Assembly: GCA_027295145.1 (NCBI GenBank)
Contig: JAPULJ010000020.1
Coordinates: forward strand, 1 to 50,456
Source: Alphaproteobacteria bacterium
Lineage (GTDB): Bacteria; Pseudomonadota; Alphaproteobacteria; JAPULJ01
DNA length: 50,456 nucleotides
Reading direction: 5' to 3'
Made by a program: the position numbers and the translations under genes. Of this stretch, positions 35,370 through 43,448 are shown one piece after another; the first letter of the stretch is position 1; the number at the start of each line of letters is the position of its first letter. A model generated the notes under the pieces. That model saw only the letters and a program-made list of their open reading frames with translations, did not search any database and was not told the DNA's origin.

Positions 35370-36803
35370 TCAGCCGGCGCAGCAGGACAGTTTGGTGACA
35401 TCCTTGTCAAATGTCTGCGCCGCCAGCTTGAGCCCCTCGACCGTCGTCAGGTAGGGGAAGATGGTTTGGGCCAACGCCGTGGTCGTCATCCCGCATTTGA
35501 TGGCAATGGCGGCTGTCTGGATGCTGTCCGCGCCTTCGGGGGCAATGATATGGGCGCCGAGGAGCCGGTCGCTCGCAGCATCCGCGACCAGCTTGATGAG
35601 CCCTCGCGTGTCGCGGGCCGCCAGCGCACGGGGAACATGCTCAAGTGGCAGAACAGAGGTTTTGACATTAAAACCCTGCGTCGTCGCCTCGGCTTCGGTC
35701 AGCCCGACGCTGGCTACCTGCGGATCGGTGAATATCACCGCCGGCATGGCGCTGGCATCGTAGGCGCGGCCGTCGCCGTTGAGTGCGTTTTCAACGGCAA
35801 TACGCGCGCCGTAAGCGGCCATGTAGACGAATTCGTCGCGGCCGGTGACGTCGCCGGCAGCGTAGATACCGGGGACCGATGTCCGCATCCGGTCGTCGAT
35901 CTTGATGCCGTTGTTGGCAGTGGTCTCAACGCCGGCCTCTCCAAGCCCGAGCCCCTTAATGTTGGGATGCCGCCCAGCGGTGACGAGCAGGGTCGACGCC
36001 TCGATTGTCGCGCGCGCGCCGTGATCTTCGACATCAAGGGCGATGCCCTTGTCGGATTTGCGGGCTGAGCGGTAGGCGATGCTCTCGCGCACGTCGATGC
36101 CTTCCGCGCGCAGGAACCCGGCGAGTGCTTCGCCGATTTCCGGCTCACTGCCGGGCAGGACGCGGCTACGGCACAGAAGCGTCACCTGGACCCCAACGCG
36201 GGCGAACATCTGGGCGAGCTCGCAGCCAATGTAACCGGCGCCGATGATAATCATCGATCGGGGCAGGGTCTTGAGTTCCAGCGCGGTAGTGCTGATCAGA
36301 TAGGGGACGTTCTCGATACCCACGATCGGCGGGATGCTCGGCGAGGATCCGGTGGTAATTATGACCTTGTTTGCGGCGATCTTGGTCCCGTTGATCGCCA
36401 CACCGCCTTCGATTAAGCGTGCGCCGCCTGCGAGATAGGCCACGTTGTTGTATTCGGGCAAGACGTCGATGTATTTGGCCTGGCGCAAATCGCCAACCAA
36501 TGCGTCCTTCTGCGCAACGAGTTCGCTCCAATCGTTGAGTTTCGCGTCACCGGCGATGCCGGCGAAGCGCGAGGCGGCACGGCTGTGGTGGAGAGCCTCG
36601 GCCGCCCGGATCAGAGTCTTCGAGGGCACGCAGCCGACATTGACGCACGTCCCGCCGATCGTCCCCTCGCCGATCAGCGCAACCTGAACACCAAGTTCGG
36701 CTGCCGTGATGGCGGCGGAGAATCCCGCCGATCCGGCTCCGATCACCGCAAGATCGTAGTCTTTGCGGTCACCTGCGCCTGTCGGCGCGTAAGTGTTGCT
36801 CAT
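35370..36803 (-). CDS. merA: mercuric reductase (core enzyme, no N-terminal NmerA/HMA domain)
   Basis: Redox-active GGTCVNVGCVPSK, FAD/NAD Rossmann motifs, and the diagnostic C-terminal ...KLSCCAG. Confidence 0.92.
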   Translation of the reverse strand: MSNTYAPTGAGDRKDYDLAVIGAGSAGFSAAITAAELGVQVALIGEGTIGGTCVNVGCVPSKTLIRAAEALHHSRAASRFAGIAGDAKLNDWSELVAQKDALVGDLRQAKYIDVLPEYNNVAYLAGGARLIEGGVAINGTKIAANKVIITTGSSPSIPPIVGIENVPYLISTTALELKTLPRSMIIIGAGYIGCELAQMFARVGVQVTLLCRSRVLPGSEPEIGEALAGFLRAEGIDVRESIAYRSARKSDKGIALDVEDHGARATIEASTLLVTAGRHPNIKGLGLGEAGVETTANNGIKIDDRMRTSVPGIYAAGDVTGRDEFVYMAAYGARIAVENALNGDGRAYDASAMPAVIFTDPQVASVGLTEAEATTQGFNVKTSVLPLEHVPRALAARDTRGLIKLVADAASDRLLGAHIIAPEGADSIQTAAIAIKCGMTTTALAQTIFPYLTTVEGLKLAAQTFDKDVTKLSCCAG

Positions 36804-36897
36804 GGAACTCTCTCCTCGGATATTCGTCAGCGTCCTGGCGGGCCTACTTCGTTCCCTTCGCCGGGGTCAGCAGTTTCGTATTACCTTCCATCATCTT

Positions 36898-37200
36898 TTA
36901 TGATGAACCTTCCTTCTTCACGATCTTGGAGGGGAAGCCGACGCTCGCGGTGGCAGCGCTCAGCGCGCCGGGGTTGGTCCTGGCATCGTCATAAATGACG
37001 ATGGCGGTTTTGTCCTCGTAGGACACCACCACCTTGCGGACACCCTCGACCCTGGAGAGGGTTTGCCGGATGATGTATGGGCACGTCGGGCAGTTCATGC
37101 TGAATACATCGAGCGTGACCGTTTTCTCCGCTGCCTGGACCGCGCCGGCGCTAAATGCGCTTAAGGCAGAGAACACGATCGCGGCGAGAAGATGCTTCAT
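36898..37200 (-). CDS. merP: periplasmic mercury-binding protein MerP (HMA fold)
   Basis: Signal peptide MKHLLAAIVFSALSAFSAGAVQA and the metal site SMNCPTCP. GGAGGA Shine-Dalgarno sequence. The track ORF is extended at the N-terminus to 37356. Confidence 0.85.
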   Translation of the reverse strand: MKHLLAAIVFSALSAFSAGAVQAAEKTVTLDVFSMNCPTCPYIIRQTLSRVEGVRKVVVSYEDKTAIVIYDDARTNPGALSAATASVGFPSKIVKKEGSS

Positions 37201-37216
37201 GGATTGTTTCCTCCAG

Positions 37217-37642
37217 CTAGATGCCGAGCAGGGCCGGCGCGACGTAGGGAAATGCGATGGCTGCAGCGACCAGCACAGTCGACGACCATAACCCCACCTT
37301 GACGATTCGCCGTGAGCGCGTACTGCCGCAGGCCTCGCCATCGGCGCACGCCGCATTCGGCTTGCGGTAGGTCAGATAAAAGCCACCGGCGAGGAAAGCG
37401 AGCGTCAGGACAATGAATATCCACTGATAGGGCGCCAGGGCAGTCAGGTTGCCGATCCAGGCCCCCCCGGCGCCGGCGCTGAACAGCGCCAGCGGCAGGA
37501 TGCAGCACGACGACGCGCCGATTGCGCCGACCACGCTGCCCGCTGCAAGATAGCTGCCCCCGCGGCCCACGTCCGAACCATCGCTTCGCCTTTCGGCGCG
37601 TAAGTGGCGCAGAGATGTCCCGACCTGTTCCTTTGCCCTCAT
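37217..37642 (-). CDS. merT: mercuric ion transport protein MerT-like
   Basis: TM1 vicinal pair SSCCILPLA and a second pair CADGEAC. Start at ATG 37642, preceded by AGGAG. Confidence 0.8.
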   Translation of the reverse strand: MRAKEQVGTSLRHLRAERRSDGSDVGRGGSYLAAGSVVGAIGASSCCILPLALFSAGAGGAWIGNLTALAPYQWIFIVLTLAFLAGGFYLTYRKPNAACADGEACGSTRSRRIVKVGLWSSTVLVAAAIAFPYVAPALLGI

Positions 37643-37680
37643 ATTCACTCCTGACCGAACTTCGCTCAAAGCCATATACC

Positions 37681-37699
37681 ACCTGTACAAGCTACAGGT
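37681..37699 (-). promoter_or_regulatory. MerR-type operator/promoter upstream of merT (dyad ACCTGTA-N5-TACAGGT)
   Basis: On the minus strand the sequence reads TTGAAC-19 nt-TATATG, with the dyad inside the 19-nt spacer. This is the signature architecture of MerR-activated promoters. Confidence 0.7.
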
Positions 37700-37706
37700 T
37701 CAAGAA

Positions 37707-38393
37707 CTAAATAACATGAACGCGCAGATCGATATCGGGGTAGCGTTCACGGTTGCGCATGCGGGCAAGATCGAAAGCCTCGACGAGGGGAATGTATGCG
37801 ACACCGGGTCGAGCCTTCGCCCAATCGTCAAAAATATTGGCGCCAGCAAATAGATTGACGTGGCTGCAAAATGCGCCGCGCAGGTTCTCGCGGCAGGATT
37901 GGGCGTCGGGGGCGACGACCGACATGACGACACCCGCCGGGCGTTCGGCGACGATCCGGGTGGGAGTGAGTTCAAGGTTGATCGCCTGTCCGCTCGCCGG
38001 ACATATCGTCGCCACGCTCGCGCGTTCGCCAAGAATCTCCGGCAGGAACAGAGCGTCGAGGACGCACCAAGTATACAGCTTTTGCGCGCCGATGGTGAAA
38101 CTGTGAGCGGTCGGTGCGAGGCTGAGCCCGATGAAGGCGGTAATCCGGCCATCCGCGTCGCGGTCGAGCACCGAAGGCGGCAAAAGATCGAGCAGGGTGG
38201 ACACGTGCGCTTCCGCCTTCGTCAAGGCTTTAGCTAGGTCCGCCGTCGACACCGCCGAGCCGCGGGCTAGGAGGCGGTAGGCGGCCACCGACAGGCGTTG
38301 ATTGCCGGCCGTGTTTTCGGCCAGGTATTCTTCGCTAAGGAAGGCACCAATGGAATTTCGGCTGATTTCGTGCGGTACTGGCATCGTTTTCAA
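37707..38393 (-). CDS. merB: organomercurial lyase
   Basis: Catalytic triad context is present: LYTWCVLDALFLP (Cys/Asp) and GAFCSHVNLF (second Cys). 228 aa. Confidence 0.88.
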   Translation of the reverse strand: MKTMPVPHEISRNSIGAFLSEEYLAENTAGNQRLSVAAYRLLARGSAVSTADLAKALTKAEAHVSTLLDLLPPSVLDRDADGRITAFIGLSLAPTAHSFTIGAQKLYTWCVLDALFLPEILGERASVATICPASGQAINLELTPTRIVAERPAGVVMSVVAPDAQSCRENLRGAFCSHVNLFAGANIFDDWAKARPGVAYIPLVEAFDLARMRNRERYPDIDLRVHVI

Positions 38394-38420
38394 TTTCCGG
38401 TTGGCCGGCGCTCGCTCGGG

Positions 38421-38834
38421 TCACCCCGCCGGCATGTATATGCGATAGTTGTGGATATAGGATCTCGTATCGAACGAGCCTTCGACAAGCCCCGTCCGGT
38501 TGACCGCCGCATCGCCGCCCTCGGCCGGCTCGTTAAACCTGATTGCCGAGGCCATCCGCCAAACCGGCGCGCCTTCATCTCTGGTGAAAAATCCGAGGAT
38601 ATCGAAACCGATCTCACGCTCGCTGTCGGTTCGAATGGTGCCGAGCATATTCACCTCGCAGGCGGTCGCGCTCTGGTTCTCGTAAAGATCCCACGTCACG
38701 GCGCCGGAAATCAGGGAGCCGGCGATCTCGCCGTCGCCCTGGCCGAGATAGTTGCCGAAAACGGCCGGCGGCGGTCGCTCGTTCTTGCCGCGATAGCGCA
38801 GCTCCATGGTGGCGACTTCCTTCATGCCTGTCAT
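38421..38834 (-). CDS. hypothetical protein, first gene of the merB transcription unit
   Basis: 137-aa ORF with GGGAGG 5 nt upstream of ATG 38834 and a 27-bp gap to merB. I recognise no motif, apart from a faint resemblance to small beta-barrel DUF3237-type proteins (very tentative). Confidence 0.55.
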   Translation of the reverse strand: MTGMKEVATMELRYRGKNERPPPAVFGNYLGQGDGEIAGSLISGAVTWDLYENQSATACEVNMLGTIRTDSEREIGFDILGFFTRDEGAPVWRMASAIRFNEPAEGGDAAVNRTGLVEGSFDTRSYIHNYRIYMPAG

Positions 38835-38876
38835 ACCCGCCTCCCACTCGCCTGGTATTCGTGAGTGTAATGTGGT

Positions 38877-38895
38877 ACCTGTAGTAACTACAGGT
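38877..38895. promoter_or_regulatory. MerR operator in the divergent merR / mer promoter region (ACCTGTA-GTAAC-TACAGGT; extended perfect dyad GTACCTGTAGT-A-ACTACAGGTAC at 38875-38897)
   Basis: A perfect inverted repeat read directly from the sequence. The half-sites and 5-bp spacer are the same as in the 37681-37699 site. Confidence 0.75.
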
Positions 38896-38911
38896 ACAAG
38901 GATTGAGTCTC

Positions 38912-39328
38912 ATGCAAAACATCACATCTTCGCGATCAATGGTAAGCATCGGCGAGTTGGCCAAGGCAACCGGCTGCAAAATCGAAACTATTCGGTTTTA
39001 CGAGCGCATCGGTATCCTGCCGCTGGCGCCAAGAAGTGAAGGTGGGCACCGGATTTACGATCAAGTTCAGATGAAGCGGCTGAACTTCGTTTGTCGCAGC
39101 CGTGCGCTCGGCTTCTCGCTCAAGCAGGTCCGCGATCTGTTGTCCCTGGTCGATGGCGGGAATGATAGTTGCGCCGAGATCAAGGCGCTGACCCTCGATC
39201 ATCTTGCAAATGTCAGGCGTAAAATCATCGACCTGCAGCGCATGGAATCGGTGCTGGCTGAGACGGCGGCAAAATGCGTGGGTAACGATCTACCCGACTG
39301 CCCGATCGCCGAAGTGCTCTACCACTAA
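38912..39328 (+). CDS. merR: Hg(II)-responsive MerR transcriptional regulator
   Basis: HTH IGELAKATGCKIETIRFYERIGIL. Hg-ligand cysteines are in canonical spacing (NDSC..., then C-x8-C in KCVGNDLPDCPIAE). ATG 38912 follows AAGGA; the track uses TTG 38903. Confidence 0.88.
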   Translation: MQNITSSRSMVSIGELAKATGCKIETIRFYERIGILPLAPRSEGGHRIYDQVQMKRLNFVCRSRALGFSLKQVRDLLSLVDGGNDSCAEIKALTLDHLANVRRKIIDLQRMESVLAETAAKCVGNDLPDCPIAEVLYH

Positions 39329-39392
39329 ACTTCCCTGGAACATTCCCTCCCTCTATAAAAAGGGAGGAAATATTCAGCGCACCAAGCTCCCG

Positions 39393-39860
39393 TCATTCAC
39401 GGCGGGGTCGGCGGCGGTAGCGGTGGCGGAACCGGCGATTAAAATATTCCCGGCGCTGTTCGGCATTAAGAGTACCGGATATTTTGGTGAGCACTTCCTG
39501 CATGGTTTCCTGCGCCGCCAGTTTGCGTTTACTCAGATCGCCATAGGCCGCCTCAAGAGCCTTTAGATCGAGGGGGTCGGCGCGTAATTGTTGCCGCACT
39601 TCGCGGCGCGCCTTTCTGATAGCGCGCACGCGCTCCCGCAATCCCGGGCGCGCAGTACGCCAAATCTCTTTGACCCTGCGGCGGGCATCGCTATCGAGCG
39701 AACGTTTAGCCGCCCAATGGGGAAACGGCTGCCCCGAATGGGCGTGGTGTCCGGGCCAGTGGAAGAGAAATCCGACGACGATTGCGCCGACCACGAACAG
39801 GTTTATCGCCAGCGATACGATCAGAGCGATGCCCAACGTGCGGGGCGATAGTTTCTTCAT
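39393..39860 (-). CDS. periplasmic heavy-metal sensor / Spy-CpxP-ZraP-like protein
   Basis: N-terminal TM/signal anchor and a helical Arg/Glu-rich body with an L-x-x-Q type motif (LNAEQRREY). ATGA overlap with the upstream gene. Confidence 0.6.
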   Translation of the reverse strand: MKKLSPRTLGIALIVSLAINLFVVGAIVVGFLFHWPGHHAHSGQPFPHWAAKRSLDSDARRRVKEIWRTARPGLRERVRAIRKARREVRQQLRADPLDLKALEAAYGDLSKRKLAAQETMQEVLTKISGTLNAEQRREYFNRRFRHRYRRRPRRE

Positions 39861-40303
39861 TGTTCACCTTCCGGGTCGAAGACCACCATGCTGGCAATTT
39901 CGCTGATCTCGCCTTCGATCGCCTGTTCGCCGGAGGCAAATGGTTCTGGCGCCTGGCTGCCGGCGATGATGCCGAGAATTGCCGCGGCGGCGAGCGTCGA
40001 GATCGGTTTCCAGGCCGGCCCGAAGGGCCAGATGGGCGCTGCCCAGAAACGCGGACGCGGCGCCGTAGCGGCGGACAGAATGGCTACCATCAATTCGGGC
40101 GCCGGCGCCGGCGCGGCTGCCTGATCGAGCGCTGTATCGAGATCAGCGGCCTCCTCACAAAGAGCGCGCGCCTCGGCGGAAGCCTCGAGATATTGCAACG
40201 CAGCTTGCCGCCGGTCGGCGGGCCAGCGCTCTGGATTGGCGCCGTAGCTTTCGAGCAATCGGCGCAATAGGGTCAGATCGTCAGACATTCTGCCCTTCAT
40301 CAC
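39857..40303 (-). CDS. putative anti-sigma factor (single-pass membrane protein)
   Basis: 148-aa ORF overlapping the sigma-factor stop, with one predicted TM segment (ISTLAAAAILGIIAG). The assignment is by position only. Confidence 0.5.
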   Translation of the reverse strand: MMKGRMSDDLTLLRRLLESYGANPERWPADRRQAALQYLEASAEARALCEEAADLDTALDQAAAPAPAPELMVAILSAATAPRPRFWAAPIWPFGPAWKPISTLAAAAILGIIAGSQAPEPFASGEQAIEGEISEIASMVVFDPEGEQ

Positions 40304-40869
40304 GGTTCTCCCAACAGGTCTGTACGTTGATCGGCCAACGCGCCACGTAAACTGCGACGGCCACGGGCGAGGAGCGATTCCAAGGCATCGATACTGACGC
40401 CCAAGGTATCGGCGGCCTCGATATTGCTGAATTCCTGATAGTGGACGAGAGCGATGGCGGCGCGCTGGCGCTCGGGCAACTGGGCGATCGCCGTCTCGAC
40501 GATAGTCGCCACCTGATCACGCTGGAGGGCCGAAGACGGCCCACCGCCAGGGGCGGCAATAGCGGATTCGTCGATTGGATAGGTCGGTTTGCGCACCCGT
40601 AATCGGTCGATGCTGAGATTGTAGGCAACCCGCGTTAGCCATGTCCGCACTTTTGCCTTTGGCTGCCAACGGCGCGCCATCCGCCACAAGCGAAGGAAGC
40701 TCTCCTGGGCCACATCCTCCGATTCGGCGCGATTGCTGAGGATTCGGTAAGCGAGGGCGATCAGCGGCCCAAGCTCACGGTTGACCAGAATGCGGCTCGC
40801 GCCGGCGTCGCCCGCCGCCACAAGCCGCATCAAATCGGCATCCGCCGTCCGCGCGTCCGTCCCGTTCAT
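40300..40869 (-). CDS. ECF-type RNA polymerase sigma-70 factor
   Basis: Region 2 is ESEDVAQESFLRLWR. Region 4 is LPERQRAAIALVHYQEFSNIEAADTLGVSIDALESLLARGRRSLR. Start at ATG 40869 (MNGTDAR...); the track's 41022 start would overlap the next gene. Confidence 0.85.
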   Translation of the reverse strand: MNGTDARTADADLMRLVAAGDAGASRILVNRELGPLIALAYRILSNRAESEDVAQESFLRLWRMARRWQPKAKVRTWLTRVAYNLSIDRLRVRKPTYPIDESAIAAPGGGPSSALQRDQVATIVETAIAQLPERQRAAIALVHYQEFSNIEAADTLGVSIDALESLLARGRRSLRGALADQRTDLLGEP

Positions 40870-40987
40870 GCCGGGGATTATAGCTTGAACCAAGGCGGGC
40901 GCGCTCAACACATTTCCTTTACGACCAATGCCTCCATGGACAAACAAGTCAAAGCAGGCCGATCCTTCGGCAACGGCCCCGGACGAT

Positions 40988-41737
40988 CTAGTTGCCGCGA
41001 CGAAATTCACCACGACCTTCACCCGGCCCCTTGCTCCAGCGCGAGCCCATATGGTGCCTCATCATGCCGCGATAGCCGTGGCCGCGTTGGCTCCACTTTC
41101 CGCCATGACGCCAACTGCGCTTCATGCCACGCCGCCCGCCACGTTTGCCACCCGCGGCGAACTTCGCGGCAACTTCTTCGCGGGACACCACCCCATCGCG
41201 ATTGCGATCGAAATGGCGGAACAGGCGGCCGGTACCGGCGACATATTCAGCCCGCGAGAGCTTACCGTCGCCGTCGAGATCGAGCCGGGAGATGCCAAAT
41301 GCCAGGCGGCGCGGCAGCCGCTTTTCGGCGTGTTTCTTCATCTCTTCGATTGTGATGGCGCCGTCGATGTTGGCATCCATGCGCCACATCCGGTATTTGC
41401 GCCGGCCTGGCATCTCATCGAGTGTAAGCTTGCCGTTTTTGTCTTTGTCGAAAGCGGCAAAGCGTACCGCCAGCCGCTTCTCCATGCGGGCTCTGGCATT
41501 GGCAGCAACCTCGATGCTGTCGAGCGATCCGTCGCCATTCTTATCGGCCGCCTTGAACAGGCCTCCGCGGTATTTGGCGATTTCCTCAGCGGTGATCTTG
41601 CCGTCCTTGTTGGCATCGAGGCGGCCGAAGATCAAATCGATGCGCGGATCCTTGGCCGGGGCCTTGGCCTCGGCGAGCGCCAAACCAGGGAGGGCAACCG
41701 CCGCCGCTGCGGCAATGGCGATGATTCTGAGTTTCAT
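40988..41737 (-). CDS. secreted protein with six EF-hand Ca-binding loops and a basic Gly/Arg/His-rich tail
   Basis: Signal peptide MKLRIIAIAAAAAVALPGLALA. Loops: DANKDGKITAEE, DKNGDGSLDSIE, DKDKNGKLTLDE, DANIDGAITIEE, DLDGDGKLSRAE, DRNRDGVVSREE. Tail: ...GKRGGRRGMKRSWRHGGKWSQRGHGYRGMMRHHMGSRW... Confidence 0.85.
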   Translation of the reverse strand: MKLRIIAIAAAAAVALPGLALAEAKAPAKDPRIDLIFGRLDANKDGKITAEEIAKYRGGLFKAADKNGDGSLDSIEVAANARARMEKRLAVRFAAFDKDKNGKLTLDEMPGRRKYRMWRMDANIDGAITIEEMKKHAEKRLPRRLAFGISRLDLDGDGKLSRAEYVAGTGRLFRHFDRNRDGVVSREEVAAKFAAGGKRGGRRGMKRSWRHGGKWSQRGHGYRGMMRHHMGSRWSKGPGEGRGEFRRGN

Positions 41738-41868
41738 TCGGGAGTTCCTTTCGCTTGTCGGAGTGAAGTAATTCCGGCCCCTTGTTCGAGCCGTTCTGAT
41801 CCCTTCAACGAACCCCGATCAGCATTCCGTCGCCATACGATTGCTCTATGGAATAACGAGCACCATAA

Positions 41869-43395
41869 TTGGGACCCATGACGACCCTCGGCCAAGCCCT
41901 TGCATCGACTGCGCGACACAATACCGAGCGCATTGCCATTCTTGACGGCGATAGCCGGATTACCTGGTCCCAATTCGCCGAGCGGGTAGCGCGGACAGCC
42001 GGTGCACTGGCGCAACGCGATGTTCGGCGCGGCGAGCGGTTCGCCATCTACGCCCGCAATAGCCGCCGGTTCGACGAGCTGAAATGGGCCGGGTTCTGGC
42101 TCGGCGCTGTTCCGGTGCCGATAAACTGGCGCCTGGCGCCGCCCGAGGTCGCGCATATCCTGAACGACAGCGCGGTCGGCTTGATTGTCGTCGAGGAAGA
42201 GTTCGCGCCTGTATTCGAAGTGGGCGCCCTGGCCGAATGGTCGGATCGATTGCTCGGTTTGCCGGACGCTTACGAGGCGGCATTGGCCGAAGCCACGCCG
42301 GCACCGATGGGCGAGGCGAGCGAGGACGACGATGCGATCCTGCTCTATACCGGCGGCACCACGGGCCGCAGCAAAGGTGTGCGCCTGACTCACCGCAACA
42401 TCGTCTCCAATGCTCTCGCATTCGGCCTCGGCACTGGTGCCCGGCGCGATGACATCTACCTTCACGTCGCGCCGATGTTCCACTCCGCCGACCTTCTCGG
42501 CACCGCCTGGTTCCTCATCGGCGCCAGCCACGCCTACTTGCCTGATTTCTCTCCGGGTGCATTTCTCGAAGCGATCGAGCGTTACAAGGCGAGTGCGACG
42601 GTCGTAGTTCCGGCGATCCTAATGGCGACGGTTAGCGATCCTAATTTCGGCAAATACGATGTCTCGAGCCTGCGCCTGCTCGGCTATGGCGCCGCACCGA
42701 TGGCCTACGAGTGGATCGAGCGGACGGCGAGGGCGTTCCCGCGCGGCTGCCTTTCCAACTCCTACGGCCTGACGGAAACCGCGCCCGATCTCACGATATT
42801 CGATCCGGCTGAGTTCATCGCCGCCATCGAGAGCGGCGATCGTAGCGGCATCGTCACCTCGGCCGGCAAACCCAACGTCCTCGTCGAGCTGCGCGTCGTC
42901 GGGCCGGACGGCAAGGATGTACCGGATGGCGAGGCGGGCGAGCTGTGGGCGCGCGGGCCGAACATCATGAAGGGCTACCTCAACCTGCCCAAGGAGACAA
43001 AGGCGGCACTGGCCGGCGGGTGGCTGCACACCGGCGACATCGCCCGCATCGACCAGGGCGGCTACGTCTATCTGCTCGACCGCAAGAAGGATATGGTGAT
43101 TACCGGCGGTGAGAACGTCTATTCATCGGAGGTCGAGGCAGCGCTCCACCGCCACCCTGGCGTCAGGGAAGCGGCGGTTGTCGGACTGCCCGACGAGCGG
43201 CTGGGCGAGGCGCTGTTCGCGGCCATCGTGCCGGCACCCGGCGCCAAGCCGAGCGTCGAGGACATCATCCAGCATTGCCGGCCGTTGATTGCAGGTTATA
43301 AAATTCCGCGCCGGATCGACTTCGTCGAGGCGATGCCCAAAAGCGCGCTGGGCAAGATACTCAAGGCCGAGTTACGCAAGACGTACGGTGGTTGA
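41869..43395 (+). CDS. AMP-dependent acyl-CoA synthetase/ligase
   Basis: AMP-binding motif LLYTGGTTGRSKGV, then GELWARGPNIMKGY, TGD and a C-terminal GKILK. Confidence 0.9.
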   Translation: MGPMTTLGQALASTARHNTERIAILDGDSRITWSQFAERVARTAGALAQRDVRRGERFAIYARNSRRFDELKWAGFWLGAVPVPINWRLAPPEVAHILNDSAVGLIVVEEEFAPVFEVGALAEWSDRLLGLPDAYEAALAEATPAPMGEASEDDDAILLYTGGTTGRSKGVRLTHRNIVSNALAFGLGTGARRDDIYLHVAPMFHSADLLGTAWFLIGASHAYLPDFSPGAFLEAIERYKASATVVVPAILMATVSDPNFGKYDVSSLRLLGYGAAPMAYEWIERTARAFPRGCLSNSYGLTETAPDLTIFDPAEFIAAIESGDRSGIVTSAGKPNVLVELRVVGPDGKDVPDGEAGELWARGPNIMKGYLNLPKETKAALAGGWLHTGDIARIDQGGYVYLLDRKKDMVITGGENVYSSEVEAALHRHPGVREAAVVGLPDERLGEALFAAIVPAPGAKPSVEDIIQHCRPLIAGYKIPRRIDFVEAMPKSALGKILKAELRKTYGG

Positions 43396-43448
43396 CCTGT
43401 CAAGCGATCAAGCCAATTCTATCAAGTATTAGAATTTAGGAGAGAGTG

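Noticed and set aside
39346-39367. Hairpin CCTCCCT-(8 nt)-AGGGAGG between merR and the convergent CpxP-like gene, considered as a bidirectional terminator.
   Set aside because: The 7-bp stem is perfect, but there is no T/U tract on either strand after it. It therefore does not meet intrinsic-terminator criteria, and I left it unannotated.
35067-39392. Tn21/Tn501-type transposon ends, or tnpA/tnpR genes, flanking the mer genes.
   Set aside because: No transposase or resolvase ORF and no terminal inverted repeats are visible in the flanks. Mobility cannot be excluded beyond the window.
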